Source: Iningainema tapete BLCC-T55 | Lineage (GTDB): Bacteria; Cyanobacteriota; Cyanobacteriia; Cyanobacteriales; Nostocaceae | DNA length: 32,000 nucleotides | NCBI RefSeq assembly: GCF_014698965.1 | Contig: NZ_JACXAE010000050.1 | Span: 109,439 to 141,438, forward strand | Reading direction: 5' to 3' | Shown here: positions 9,421-19,428 of the stretch, one piece after another | How the letters are laid out: every line of letters begins with the position of its first letter | Position numbering within the stretch: position 1 is the first letter of the stretch | Made by a program: the position numbers and the translations under genes | The notes under the pieces: generated by a model | Told to the model about the DNA's origin: nothing | The model's database searches: none | What the model saw: only the letters and a program-made list of their open reading frames with translations

Positions 9421-10746
9421 TTACAGCACTCGTAGCAAGCTAGGAATACTATCTACTGCTGCTAAAGTTTCAATTTCTCTCAAAGCTTGTCGAAAATCAC
9501 CTTCTTTTACATCATGGGTGACAACAACAATCTCTGCTAGTTCTGCTTGAAAGCCAGTTTGGACGATTGACTCTAAGCTAACTCGGTGATTACCAAAGCA
9601 AGTACCCAATTTACCAATAACTCCGGGTTGGTCTTTGGTGAGAAAACGGGTGTAAAATTTAGTCACTAATTCTGAATTCGGCACAATTTGACAGTAGTCT
9701 TGATGCCTACAAGCTAGTAGGGGATTAATTAAAGAGATTTTGGATTGGTGTTCTTGAGTGCTGAGTTTTTCGGTTTTTAAAGCTGCTACTATGTTAAGAA
9801 TATCCGATACTACAGCACTAGCGGTTGCACCAGCACCAGCACCAGGACCGAAAAACATTACCTGTCCAATTGGTTCGCCTTCTACTAGAATCGCGTTGTT
9901 AACGTTGTTGATGCTAGCTAAGGGATGTGTTTGGGGTACTAAGGTGGGATGAACTCTGACGGAAAGGGTAGTAGAGACGCCCCGTCGGGGCGTCTGTACG
10001 GCGATCGCCAGTAATTTGATCACGAATCCCAATTTCTCAGCATAAGCAATATCTGTCTTGCTGACTGAGCGAATGCCTTCACAATAAATGTCTTCTAATT
10101 TAATTCGTCCGCCAAATGCTAATGATGCTAAAATAGCAATTTTATCGGCTGCGTCCAACCCATCAACATCAGCCGTTGGATCTGCTTCTGCATATCCTAA
10201 GCGTTGAGCATCAGCTAAAACATCATTAAAGCTACTACCTTCTTGGGTCATCCGTGTGAGGATGTAGTTAGTTGTACCATTAACAATGCCAGTAACAGTA
10301 TGAATCCGATTGACGCTTAAAGACTGCTTCAATGGTTGAATTACTGGTATACCACCACCAACAGCAGCTTCAAGCATTACATATACTCTAGCTAGATTGG
10401 CGTTGGTAAATATTTCATCACCAAAGCGCGCGATCGCTGCTTTATTTGCTGTCACTACATGTTTACCCGCTTGTATCGCTTTGAGCATGAGCGATCGCGC
10501 TGGTTCCAATCCACCGATAACTTCAACTACAATATCTATCTCTGGGTCAGTGACAATTGCGTCTAAATCTGTAGTAACTACCCCTGAGGCAAATTGTACT
10601 GCACGAGGTTTGTCAAGCGATCGTACTCCTACACGATATATTTCGATCTCATCTAGTAACGGATGACGCCCAACAGTATCTTGTAACAACTGCACCGCAC
10701 CCGTCCCTACAGTACCTAATCCTAGTATTCCTAAGCGTACAGCCAC
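9421..10746 (-). CDS. hom: Homoserine dehydrogenase
   Basis: GTG start. Rossmann loop GILGLGTVGTG, then VVTANKA, NGTTNYIL, GYAEADPTADVDG and a C-terminal ACT-like domain. Confidence 0.95.
   Translation of the reverse strand: MAVRLGILGLGTVGTGAVQLLQDTVGRHPLLDEIEIYRVGVRSLDKPRAVQFASGVVTTDLDAIVTDPEIDIVVEVIGGLEPARSLMLKAIQAGKHVVTANKAAIARFGDEIFTNANLARVYVMLEAAVGGGIPVIQPLKQSLSVNRIHTVTGIVNGTTNYILTRMTQEGSSFNDVLADAQRLGYAEADPTADVDGLDAADKIAILASLAFGGRIKLEDIYCEGIRSVSKTDIAYAEKLGFVIKLLAIAVQTPRRGVSTTLSVRVHPTLVPQTHPLASINNVNNAILVEGEPIGQVMFFGPGAGAGATASAVVSDILNIVAALKTEKLSTQEHQSKISLINPLLACRHQDYCQIVPNSELVTKFYTRFLTKDQPGVIGKLGTCFGNHRVSLESIVQTGFQAELAEIVVVTHDVKEGDFRQALREIETLAAVDSIPSLLRVL
9971..9999. repeat. 29-nt palindromic element (gtagagacgcccc gtc ggggcgtctgtac) inside the hom CDS
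   Basis: 13-nt arms with one mismatch and a 3-nt loop. It encodes VQTPRRGVST within Hom. It shares the GTAGAGACG...CGTCT(C/G)TAC arm sequence with the intergenic copies at 10838-10885. Confidence 0.85.
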
Positions 10747-10837
10747 AAACTTTATACTCCTGTTTCCATAAAAACAATTTTAGGGTGAGCTGTAGCAACC
10801 CACCCTAATAAAGTGATTATTTTGTTCTTGATCCAAG

Positions 10838-10885
10838 GTAGAGACGTTCCATAAAACGTCTCTACACGAAATTTCGCGTCTGTAC
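10838..10885. terminator. Two adjacent palindromic repeat units abutting the petH stop codon; probable petH terminator
   Basis: gtagagacgt-tccataaa-acgtctctac is a perfect 10-bp stem at 10838-10865. It is followed by acgaaatttcgcgtctgtac (10866-85). The petH stop is at 10886-10888. Confidence 0.6.
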
Positions 10886-12217
<1,332 letters not shown>

Positions 12218-12858
12218 TTAACCTTTGCTCAAATGCCTTGTCACGTACACTCACCAATAGACACGCAGGCATTGCAAAACACACACCTGTTCACCTTCTA
12301 AAGTAGAGGATAAGTCTTTTGGAGAATGTTAATAATGAGTCAATTTAATGTTTTTTTCTTGAAATACCACCTTCCAAAGGGAGAGATTGATTCCAAGTTC
12401 CCGCCGGGTAGACCCCCCCATTAGGGAGTTGCTTTTGGATTTTAATCACGGAAACTTTCTTCCGATAACTAAATTATACTACTACCTTTAGTTTTAGCAG
12501 CCAATAAATCCACACCCTGAGAAAGAGTACGGAACTTAAATGCGATTCCGATAAGCAACTATAATAAGTTTTACTTGATGTGAAACTTCTGTCAATATTC
12601 AAAGCTCAGAGTAAGCCTTGTATGGAATACCCCCTTCTGTTAAAATCAAATATATCACTAGGACTAAATACTTACCAGCAATGCAGTTAGATCAGTGCGA
12701 CGGGAAAAAGCAAACTCTTTTTGTCTGCCCGTCCAACTAGTCTTATTTATTGCTGAGTGGAAAGAATTCAGGAAAAGCCACTAAGGTCTCCTGGCTTCAA
12801 AATGCAGTGAGAAAAATATTGATTGAATCATCTTTAGTATCTATCTTAGAGGAGATTT

Positions 12859-13860
12859 ATGACTAAGCCGGAACGCATAGTACTGATTGGAGTAGCAGGA
12901 GACTCGGGATGCGGCAAATCAACATTTTTGCGTCGCTTATCAGATTTATTTGGAGAAGAATTCATGACAGTCATCTGTTTGGATGACTATCATTCTCTAG
13001 ATAGAAAGCAGCGCAAAGAGACAGGTATAACTGCTCTTGACCCCAGAGCAAACAACTTTGACCTCATGTATGAGCAAATTAAAGCGCTCAAAAATGGTCA
13101 AGCAATTGACAAACCAATTTACAATCACGAAACTGGTACAATCGATCCACCAGAGCGAATTGAACCAAATCATATTGTAGTAGTTGAAGGGCTACATCCT
13201 TTATATGATGAACGGGTACGTGAACTGATTGACTTCAGCGTCTACTTTGACATTAGCGATGAAGTTAAAATTGCTTGGAAAATCCAGCGAGACATGGCGG
13301 AAAGGGGACACCGTTACGAAGATGTCTTAGCTCAAATCAATTCCCGTAAACCTGATTTTACTAAGTACATCGAACCGCAAAGAGAGTTTGCTGACGTAGT
13401 TCTCCAGGTATTACCCACTAACTTAATTAAAGAAGACAAAGAACGCAAAGTCCTGCGGGTTCGGATGCTGCAAAGGGAAGGTAAAGATGGCTTTGATCCA
13501 GTCTACCTTTTTGATGAAGGATCAACAATTCATTGGACTCCTTGTGGACGCAAGCTTACCTGTTCCTACCCAGGAATGCAATTGTACTACGGGTCTGATG
13601 TATACTACGGTCGCTACGTCTCGGTATTAGAGGTAGATGGTCAATTCGATAACCTCGAAGAAGTAATTTACATTGAAACCCACCTCAGTAAAACATCTAC
13701 TAAATATAAAGGTGAGATGACTCACTTGTTGCTGCAACACCGTGAGTATCCTGGTTCTAACAATGGTACTGGTTTATTCCAAGTATTGACAGGATTGAAA
13801 ATGCGTGCTACATACGAGCGCTTAACAGCTAAGGAAGCTCAACTGGCTGCGAAGGTGTAG
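12859..13860 (+). CDS. prk: Phosphoribulokinase
   Basis: P-loop GVAGDSGCGKSTF, then LDDYH and EGLHPLYDERVRELIDFSVYFDISDEVKIAWKIQRD. The 333-aa length is typical of cyanobacterial PRK. Confidence 0.95.
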   Translation: MTKPERIVLIGVAGDSGCGKSTFLRRLSDLFGEEFMTVICLDDYHSLDRKQRKETGITALDPRANNFDLMYEQIKALKNGQAIDKPIYNHETGTIDPPERIEPNHIVVVEGLHPLYDERVRELIDFSVYFDISDEVKIAWKIQRDMAERGHRYEDVLAQINSRKPDFTKYIEPQREFADVVLQVLPTNLIKEDKERKVLRVRMLQREGKDGFDPVYLFDEGSTIHWTPCGRKLTCSYPGMQLYYGSDVYYGRYVSVLEVDGQFDNLEEVIYIETHLSKTSTKYKGEMTHLLLQHREYPGSNNGTGLFQVLTGLKMRATYERLTAKEAQLAAKV

Positions 13861-13867
13861 GAAAGAA

Positions 13868-13941
13868 GGCAGAGGAGCCAGTGCCGTGGGCGGGTTTCCC
13901 GACTTGAGGCATCTGGCGTGGCAGAGGGCAGAGGGCAGATG
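13868..13941. repeat. GGCAGAG heptamer array interrupted by a ~45-bp GC-rich hairpin element
   Basis: ggcagag | gagccagtgccgtgggcgggtttcccgacttgaggcatctggcgt | g gcagag ggcagag ggcagat. Removing the middle piece restores an uninterrupted 4-unit array. Confidence 0.7.
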
Positions 13942-14121
13942 TTTTTTAACACAACTTCTGCTTTGTGCCTTTTAACTTCTGTTTTAATTTTGCCGAGATT
14001 TGTGAAGATAACATAATAGCGACGATAAATTATAAAAATATTGTTATGATCTCAGGTTGAAGCGACTGAACTAATTGTGTAAATTTAGTCAGTTTACAAC
14101 CTACTCAAGGAGGAATTTAAT

Positions 14122-15384
14122 TTGTCACGTCGCTATTTTTTTACCTCCGAGTCTGTGACCGAAGGACATCCAGATAAAATCTGCGATCAGATTTCTGATA
14201 CTATTATTGATGCCCTACTGACACAAGACCCAAGCAGCCGTGTTGCAGCTGAAGTAGTAGTTAATACTGGTTTAGTATTAATTACTGGTGAAATTACTAC
14301 CAAAGCTCATGTTAATTACGTCGAGCTTGCTCGCAAGAAAATTGCCGAAATTGGCTACACTGATGCCGATAACGGCTTTTCTGCTAATAGTGCAAGTGTT
14401 CTCATTGCTTTGGACGAACAATCTCCTGATATTGCCCAAGGTGTTAATACCGCTCAGGAAACCCGCGTTGAGGATAGTGATGAACTATTCGACAAGGTTG
14501 GTGCAGGCGATCAAGGGATTATGTTTGGCTTCGCTTGTAACGAAACGCCAGAATTCATGCCTTTGCCCATCTGTCTCGCGCATAGAATTGCTCGTAGACT
14601 AGCAGCAGTACGTAAAACAGGTCAATTACCATACTTACGTCCAGATGGTAAAACTCAGGTAACTGTGGTCTATGAGAACGGTAAACCTGTAGGTATTGAT
14701 ACGATTCTGGTTTCAACTCAGCATACAGCAACAATCGGTGACATCACTGATGAAGCAGCAGTACAAGCCAAAATTAAACAAGACCTCTGGTCTATTGTTG
14801 TGGAACCAGTATTCGGCGACATTGATGTGAAGCCAGATGCAGAAACACGCTTTTTAGTCAACCCCACAGGCAAGTTTGTCATTGGTGGACCTCAAGGTGA
14901 TTCTGGTCTAACTGGGCGCAAAATTATTGTTGACACCTACGGTGGCTACTCACGTCATGGTGGTGGAGCTTTTTCCGGAAAAGATCCCACTAAAGTAGAC
15001 CGCAGTGCAGCTTATGCTTGTCGCCATGTGGCAAAAAATATTGTCGCTGCAGGTTTGGCAGAAAAATGTGAAGTCCAGCTAAGTTATGCTATTGGGGTAG
15101 CAAGACCAGTGAGCATTCTTGTGGAGACTTTTGGTACAGGGAAAGTCGATGATGAGACTTTGTTGGAATTGGTGAAACAGCATTTTGAACTGCGTCCGGC
15201 AGGAATTATCCATTCCTTCAATTTACGTAATCTACCAAGTGAAAGAGGCGGACGTTTTTATCAGGACGTCGCGGCTTATGGTCATCTGGGCAGAAACGAT
15301 CTCGACTTGCCTTGGGAAAAGCTTGACAAAGTAGAATTACTTAAGCAAGCAGCAGACAAGTTACTGTCGGCGGCGATCGCCTAA
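14122..15384 (+). CDS. metK: S-adenosylmethionine synthetase
   Basis: TTG start preceded by aggagg. Motifs [24 protein letters not shown] and [16 protein letters not shown]. Confidence 0.95.
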   Translation: MSRRYFFTSESVTEGHPDKICDQISDTIIDALLTQDPSSRVAAEVVVNTGLVLITGEITTKAHVNYVELARKKIAEIGYTDADNGFSANSASVLIALDEQSPDIAQGVNTAQETRVEDSDELFDKVGAGDQGIMFGFACNETPEFMPLPICLAHRIARRLAAVRKTGQLPYLRPDGKTQVTVVYENGKPVGIDTILVSTQHTATIGDITDEAAVQAKIKQDLWSIVVEPVFGDIDVKPDAETRFLVNPTGKFVIGGPQGDSGLTGRKIIVDTYGGYSRHGGGAFSGKDPTKVDRSAAYACRHVAKNIVAAGLAEKCEVQLSYAIGVARPVSILVETFGTGKVDDETLLELVKQHFELRPAGIIHSFNLRNLPSERGGRFYQDVAAYGHLGRNDLDLPWEKLDKVELLKQAADKLLSAAIA

Positions 15385-15406
15385 TCCACAAACTTAATTA
15401 ACTGCG

Positions 15407-15430
15407 TAGGGCGAACGGTAGTTCGCCCTA
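15407..15430 (+). terminator. Perfect 10-bp stem hairpin downstream of metK
   Basis: tagggcgaac ggta gttcgcccta, 22 nt after the metK stop. No U-tract follows, so terminator function is only presumed. Confidence 0.5.
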
Positions 15431-15629
15431 AAAATGTGCATATCAAAAATAATTAGCTATAATCAGGACTGTGCAGTTTGGCGTTTATGGTTTCTACACA
15501 GAAGTATAAATGTTTGTAGAGTGTCAAGATATGTATTTAGTTAATAATTAATATAATTTGCCACTTTTATGAGTAAGAAATCTAAAATTAGAAAAGTATC
15601 AGGTCTTCACCTTAGTCAATGATTTATCA

Positions 15630-17285
15630 GTGTCAGCCAATCAGCCCTCCACCGATGAACTCCCAACGATAGAATTTCCCTCTAGAGGGAAACTCAAAGC
15701 TAGTTCTTGGCGCATCCATCAAAAAATTGGCTATGGGTACTTTTTGGCAATTGGAATCGGTTTTTTTGGTTCACTTACTGGATTAATAATTTCTAACTAC
15801 TACAGAGCATTGGAAATTAGACAATTAAATCATGCTACTTTTCAAGCTCAAATGTTAGCTGATTATAAGGAAGCATTAATAAGTGCACAAATAAATAGCT
15901 TCGGCTTAGTAGCTGTAATCGAAAATCCCGAAAAACTTGCCAGCAAGAAAACAGAATTTGAGAAAAGTGTTAAAAATGCCAAAGAAGTAGAGCGTAGAAT
16001 TACCAGCTTTCTTAAAGGTAAGCCAGGAAAATTAGCAGCAACTGAATCAACTTTACAAACTTTATTATATGAGTACTCCACAAATATAGATTCATACACA
16101 AGACAAATAGAGTCCGCCTTACAACAATTGCAACAGGGACAGACTACAGCTACGCGAAATAGGCTGTTAGCAATTATGGCTGGTGATACAGCAGTAGAAA
16201 TAGATCAGTTATGTAAAAGATTAAGTAACATTCTACAAAGCGCACAAGAACAAGAACAGGAAAAGAAAAAAGATTTAGATCAAGCAAAAGGAGTAGAAAG
16301 ATTAATTGTAATTGCGAGTATGCTACTATCAGTGGCGATCGCCGCAATTATAGCATGGCGAACTTCGCGAGCGATCGCAGAGCCAGTAATCACAGTAACT
16401 CAAGTTGCTGAACAAGTAGCAAAAAAATCTAATTTCGATTTACGCGCCCCCATCACCACCGAAGATGAAATTGGATTATTAGCCAAATCGCTCAATCGAC
16501 TGATCGAACAAGTATCTAAACACACAAAAGAATTAGAACAAGCCAAAGAACAAGCAGAATCTGCTAACAAAGCAAAAAGTCAGTTTCTTGCCAACATCAG
16601 TCACGAGTTACGTACACCATTAAATGCCATCATCGGCTTAAGCAAACTACTAGAAGATGATGCTGTCGATCTGAATTTAACAGATGACTTTATTGCCGAT
16701 CTTGAATCCATCAACTCTTCAGGAAGACACTTACTAACCTTAATCAACGATATCCTAGACTTATCAAAAATTGAAGCAGGTAAAATGACATTTTACCCAG
16801 AAACATTTGAGTTAGCCGCGTTAATTAATAACGTAGTCTTCACAGTCAAACCTTTAATAGAAATCAATGCCAATGTTTTAGAAGTTGACTTCGAGCAAGA
16901 ACTAGGTATCATGTATACTGACCAAACAAAGCTACGGCAAGTACTATACAATTTACTGAGTAACGCCGCCAAATTCACCACTAACGGAAAAGTAAAGCTT
17001 TTAGTAAAAAAAGAAAAAGTTGAAATAGATAACATCCTCAGTGAAATTATTATCTTTGCTGTTAGAGACACGGGAATTGGTATGTCATATGAGCAACAGC
17101 AGCAGTTATTTCAACCCTTTACTCAAGGAGATGCTTCCACTACGAAAAAGTATGGTGGTACAGGGTTAGGCTTAGCAATTAGCCGTCACTTTTGCCATAT
17201 GATGGGGGGTAATATTTTTGTCGAAAGTGAACCAGGAGTGGGTTCAATTTTCACAGTTAGCTTACCTTTGAAGGTTAAAGACTAG
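15630..17285 (+). CDS. Sensor histidine kinase (two TM helices, ~170-aa extracytoplasmic coiled-coil/CHASE3-like region, HAMP, HisKA, HATPase_c)
   Basis: GTG start. H-box [17 protein letters not shown]-box [11 protein letters not shown]1 DTGIGM, G2 [11 protein letters not shown]. There is no receiver domain and no adjacent response regulator. Confidence 0.85.
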   Translation: MSANQPSTDELPTIEFPSRGKLKASSWRIHQKIGYGYFLAIGIGFFGSLTGLIISNYYRALEIRQLNHATFQAQMLADYKEALISAQINSFGLVAVIENPEKLASKKTEFEKSVKNAKEVERRITSFLKGKPGKLAATESTLQTLLYEYSTNIDSYTRQIESALQQLQQGQTTATRNRLLAIMAGDTAVEIDQLCKRLSNILQSAQEQEQEKKKDLDQAKGVERLIVIASMLLSVAIAAIIAWRTSRAIAEPVITVTQVAEQVAKKSNFDLRAPITTEDEIGLLAKSLNRLIEQVSKHTKELEQAKEQAESANKAKSQFLANISHELRTPLNAIIGLSKLLEDDAVDLNLTDDFIADLESINSSGRHLLTLINDILDLSKIEAGKMTFYPETFELAALINNVVFTVKPLIEINANVLEVDFEQELGIMYTDQTKLRQVLYNLLSNAAKFTTNGKVKLLVKKEKVEIDNILSEIIIFAVRDTGIGMSYEQQQQLFQPFTQGDASTTKKYGGTGLGLAISRHFCHMMGGNIFVESEPGVGSIFTVSLPLKVKD

Positions 17286-17307
17286 ACAATCCGCCTAGCG
17301 CCTAGAA

Positions 17308-17357
17308 CCTAGAACTGAAGTTCTAGGCTTATAGCTAAAGTCAGAAGACAGCTGACT
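17308..17357. repeat. 50-nt double-hairpin element, copy A (between the convergent kinase gene and the 123-aa gene)
   Basis: cctagaac tgaa gttctagg cttatagctaa agtcag aagacag ctgact. It matches the reverse complement of 17842-17891 at about 44/50 positions. Confidence 0.85.
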
Positions 17358-17371
17358 AAACTTTTGATTTA

Positions 17372-17743
17372 TTAAAAGGCATCAAAAAAGCCAGTAACTT
17401 CTGTCTTCACCACAAAGCCTTCCAAATTACTAGGTATAGATTTTTGCACCCCAGCATCTCGTAAGTAAACCACAATTACTTCCTGCCCAATTTCATTTCT
17501 TTGGATACCAACGCCAACCACCCCGTCAATAGATAGTAATCTCTGCTCGTGTTTTTGCTTAACACGCTCAATTTGAGATTGAGGATTCAGCGACATAGTA
17601 AAGGGCATAGCTACTTCTTCCACCAGTGGATTCAAATTAGGATTGTCAAAACTGGGATTTTGGTCTATTTCCATTGCCGCAATAGCTCCAGTAAAGTTGA
17701 AAAGTAATAACAGTATTGTAGAAAATATTAATCTCAGCATCAT
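17372..17743 (-). CDS. Small secreted protein, stand-alone paralogue of the N-terminal (pro-domain-like) region of the adjacent protease
   Basis: Signal peptide MMLRLIFSTILLLLFNFTGAIAA. The mature part aligns by eye with residues ~40-160 of the 386-aa protease: EEVAMP/EEAAMP, VGVGI/VGVGL, VIVVYL/INVYVV. Confidence 0.6.
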   Translation of the reverse strand: MMLRLIFSTILLLLFNFTGAIAAMEIDQNPSFDNPNLNPLVEEVAMPFTMSLNPQSQIERVKQKHEQRLLSIDGVVGVGIQRNEIGQEVIVVYLRDAGVQKSIPSNLEGFVVKTEVTGFFDAF

Positions 17744-17841
17744 GGCAAGTCGTCATTCCCCCAACTCCCCGATCCTCAGGAGGCACAAAAGGATCATGTT
17801 AAAAACTCAAGTCCAGCTTCAGCTAACTGCGTAACTCTTGC

Positions 17842-17891
17842 AGTCAGCTGTCTTCTGACTTGAGCTATTAGCCTTGAACTGAAGTTCAAGG
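17842..17891. repeat. 50-nt double-hairpin element, copy B (inverted; between the protease stop and the 123-aa gene)
   Basis: agtcag ctgtctt ctgact tgagctattag ccttgaac tgaa gttcaagg. Confidence 0.85.
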
Positions 17892-17903
17892 CGTAGTCAT
17901 CAT

Positions 17904-19064
17904 TTAGGTATAAAGGCTAACATCCAAAGCCCGCAACACAGTACGCATCTTGTTCGCAATAGTTAAGCCGCCACCACCAGCAAATAGCAAACCAACAGGG
18001 TTACGTTGATTATCCCAAGTCCAGATGGAAGAACCAGAGTCACCGCCAGCACTAAAGTCGCCGCCAAGACCACGTATAATAATCTGATCGCAGAACAAAG
18101 CAACACGACCACTACCGTAGTTCACCCTAACGCTAGCATTGATGTCAGTAATCTGACCTCTAGTTAACTGAGTTGTGCGTCCCGACTTGCCTACAATCAT
18201 GTTTAATTGAGGATCTCTAATCAGGCTGCTAATGCGGAAAAGTTCAGGCTTTCCGCCACTAAGATAGACTAGCTCACGACGAACGCGATCGGGCCAAGCC
18301 CAACCAGTGGCAGCATCAACATAGTTGCATCTGCCATCAAAGTAAATCGGAACGTACCGCTCTAAAATAGCGATGGGGTTTGGACTACAAGCATTCTTGC
18401 CACCATCATAAGGTCCAGGTTGGTAAATATGGTCGCCAAAACTAGCATTATTTGTGTTGGCAAGGACATGATTGTTGCTAAGAATCAAGAGCCGATTGGG
18501 GCGATAAGCCAGACAGCCTAATGTACCTGCTGTAATCTTGAAATGTCCCACAGAGACACCCCCAGGAGCAGGCCTCATACAGAATCGATGCGGTTGTACA
18601 TCGATAATTCCAGATACAACCACATTAATAGGAACATTATCGCTGGCAGCTGCTGAAATACCCATAGAGTCAACGAGAACAGATTTGATCTCATCTACGG
18701 AAGTTTGTTCTACAACATAGACATTGATTGCCGTAGCACCAGGTGTCAAACCTAAACTCGAAGGTTCATCAGGAACACCTAAACCAACACCAACAATGTT
18801 GTTAGCTCCTTGAGGAGCGAATAAGGCTTGTGAGCTTGAAACACCAACTAGTCGAGATAGTTGACTTTCAATCTGTGTTTTAATCTGCACCAGATTTTCA
18901 TCTACACCAGAATATTGATCTGCACTTGGTACAGGCATAGCTGCCTCTTCGGTATTAACATTTTCAGGTACAGCAGCTTCTTCAAACTCAGATTGCATCT
19001 GATACTGATTAGTTGTGCTTTCTGTGGGTATTTCAAATTCTTCGTTTGTTTGTGAGTTTGTCAT
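17904..19064 (-). CDS. Chymotrypsin-fold (S1-like) serine protease with acidic N-terminal extension and no signal peptide
   Basis: Catalytic triad context LILSNNHVLAN (His), CNYVDAATG (Asp) and AGGDSGSSIW (Ser). The N-terminal ~60 aa are acidic and low-complexity. Confidence 0.75.
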   Translation of the reverse strand: MTNSQTNEEFEIPTESTTNQYQMQSEFEEAAVPENVNTEEAAMPVPSADQYSGVDENLVQIKTQIESQLSRLVGVSSSQALFAPQGANNIVGVGLGVPDEPSSLGLTPGATAINVYVVEQTSVDEIKSVLVDSMGISAAASDNVPINVVVSGIIDVQPHRFCMRPAPGGVSVGHFKITAGTLGCLAYRPNRLLILSNNHVLANTNNASFGDHIYQPGPYDGGKNACSPNPIAILERYVPIYFDGRCNYVDAATGWAWPDRVRRELVYLSGGKPELFRISSLIRDPQLNMIVGKSGRTTQLTRGQITDINASVRVNYGSGRVALFCDQIIIRGLGGDFSAGGDSGSSIWTWDNQRNPVGLLFAGGGGLTIANKMRTVLRALDVSLYT

Positions 19065-19281
19065 GATTCACCTTTGTGTAATTGTAATTAAACTCTCTTT
19101 TGACCAGAGACAGGGTTTACTGAACCCATATCTATAGGTTCTTCGAGAAAATAAAAAGCGTCGATACTGATAAGTTAATAAGTTTTATTTGCTGAACTTA
19201 AGGTGAAAATTGTAGAGCAGGTCAGATAACTTCATAAAAACTCATAAAAATTTATTCAGTTGAGATTAAAAACTAGTTCAG

Positions 19282-19335
19282 CTTGGCGCTCTTCTCCTGG
19301 CGGAGACGCTGCGCGAAGGCGTCTTGGCGGTTCAT
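19282..19335. repeat. 54-bp inverted repeat, left copy
   Basis: cttggcgctcttctcctggcggagacgctgcgcgaaggcgtcttggcggttcat is the exact reverse complement of 23664-23717. I checked every base by hand. Confidence 0.95.
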
Positions 19336-19428
19336 AACTCAATTAAAATTGCCATAGCGTGACAATTTCTAAATTTAGGAAATAGAATAAGATATTAGAA
19401 AAATTTTGATAAAAAACCATCCTGAAAC

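Noticed and set aside
13861-14121. SAM riboswitch or leader upstream of metK
   Set aside because: I could not recognise any conserved riboswitch core. The region is explained by the prk terminator repeats plus an AT-rich promoter and the aggagg RBS.
17308-17891. Invertible promoter or gene switch formed by the 50-nt inverted repeats
   Set aside because: No recombinase or invertase gene is nearby. Each arm is itself a self-complementary hairpin placed exactly at a gene's 3' end, so a terminator or REP-like role is more economical. I kept it as a low-interest finding only.
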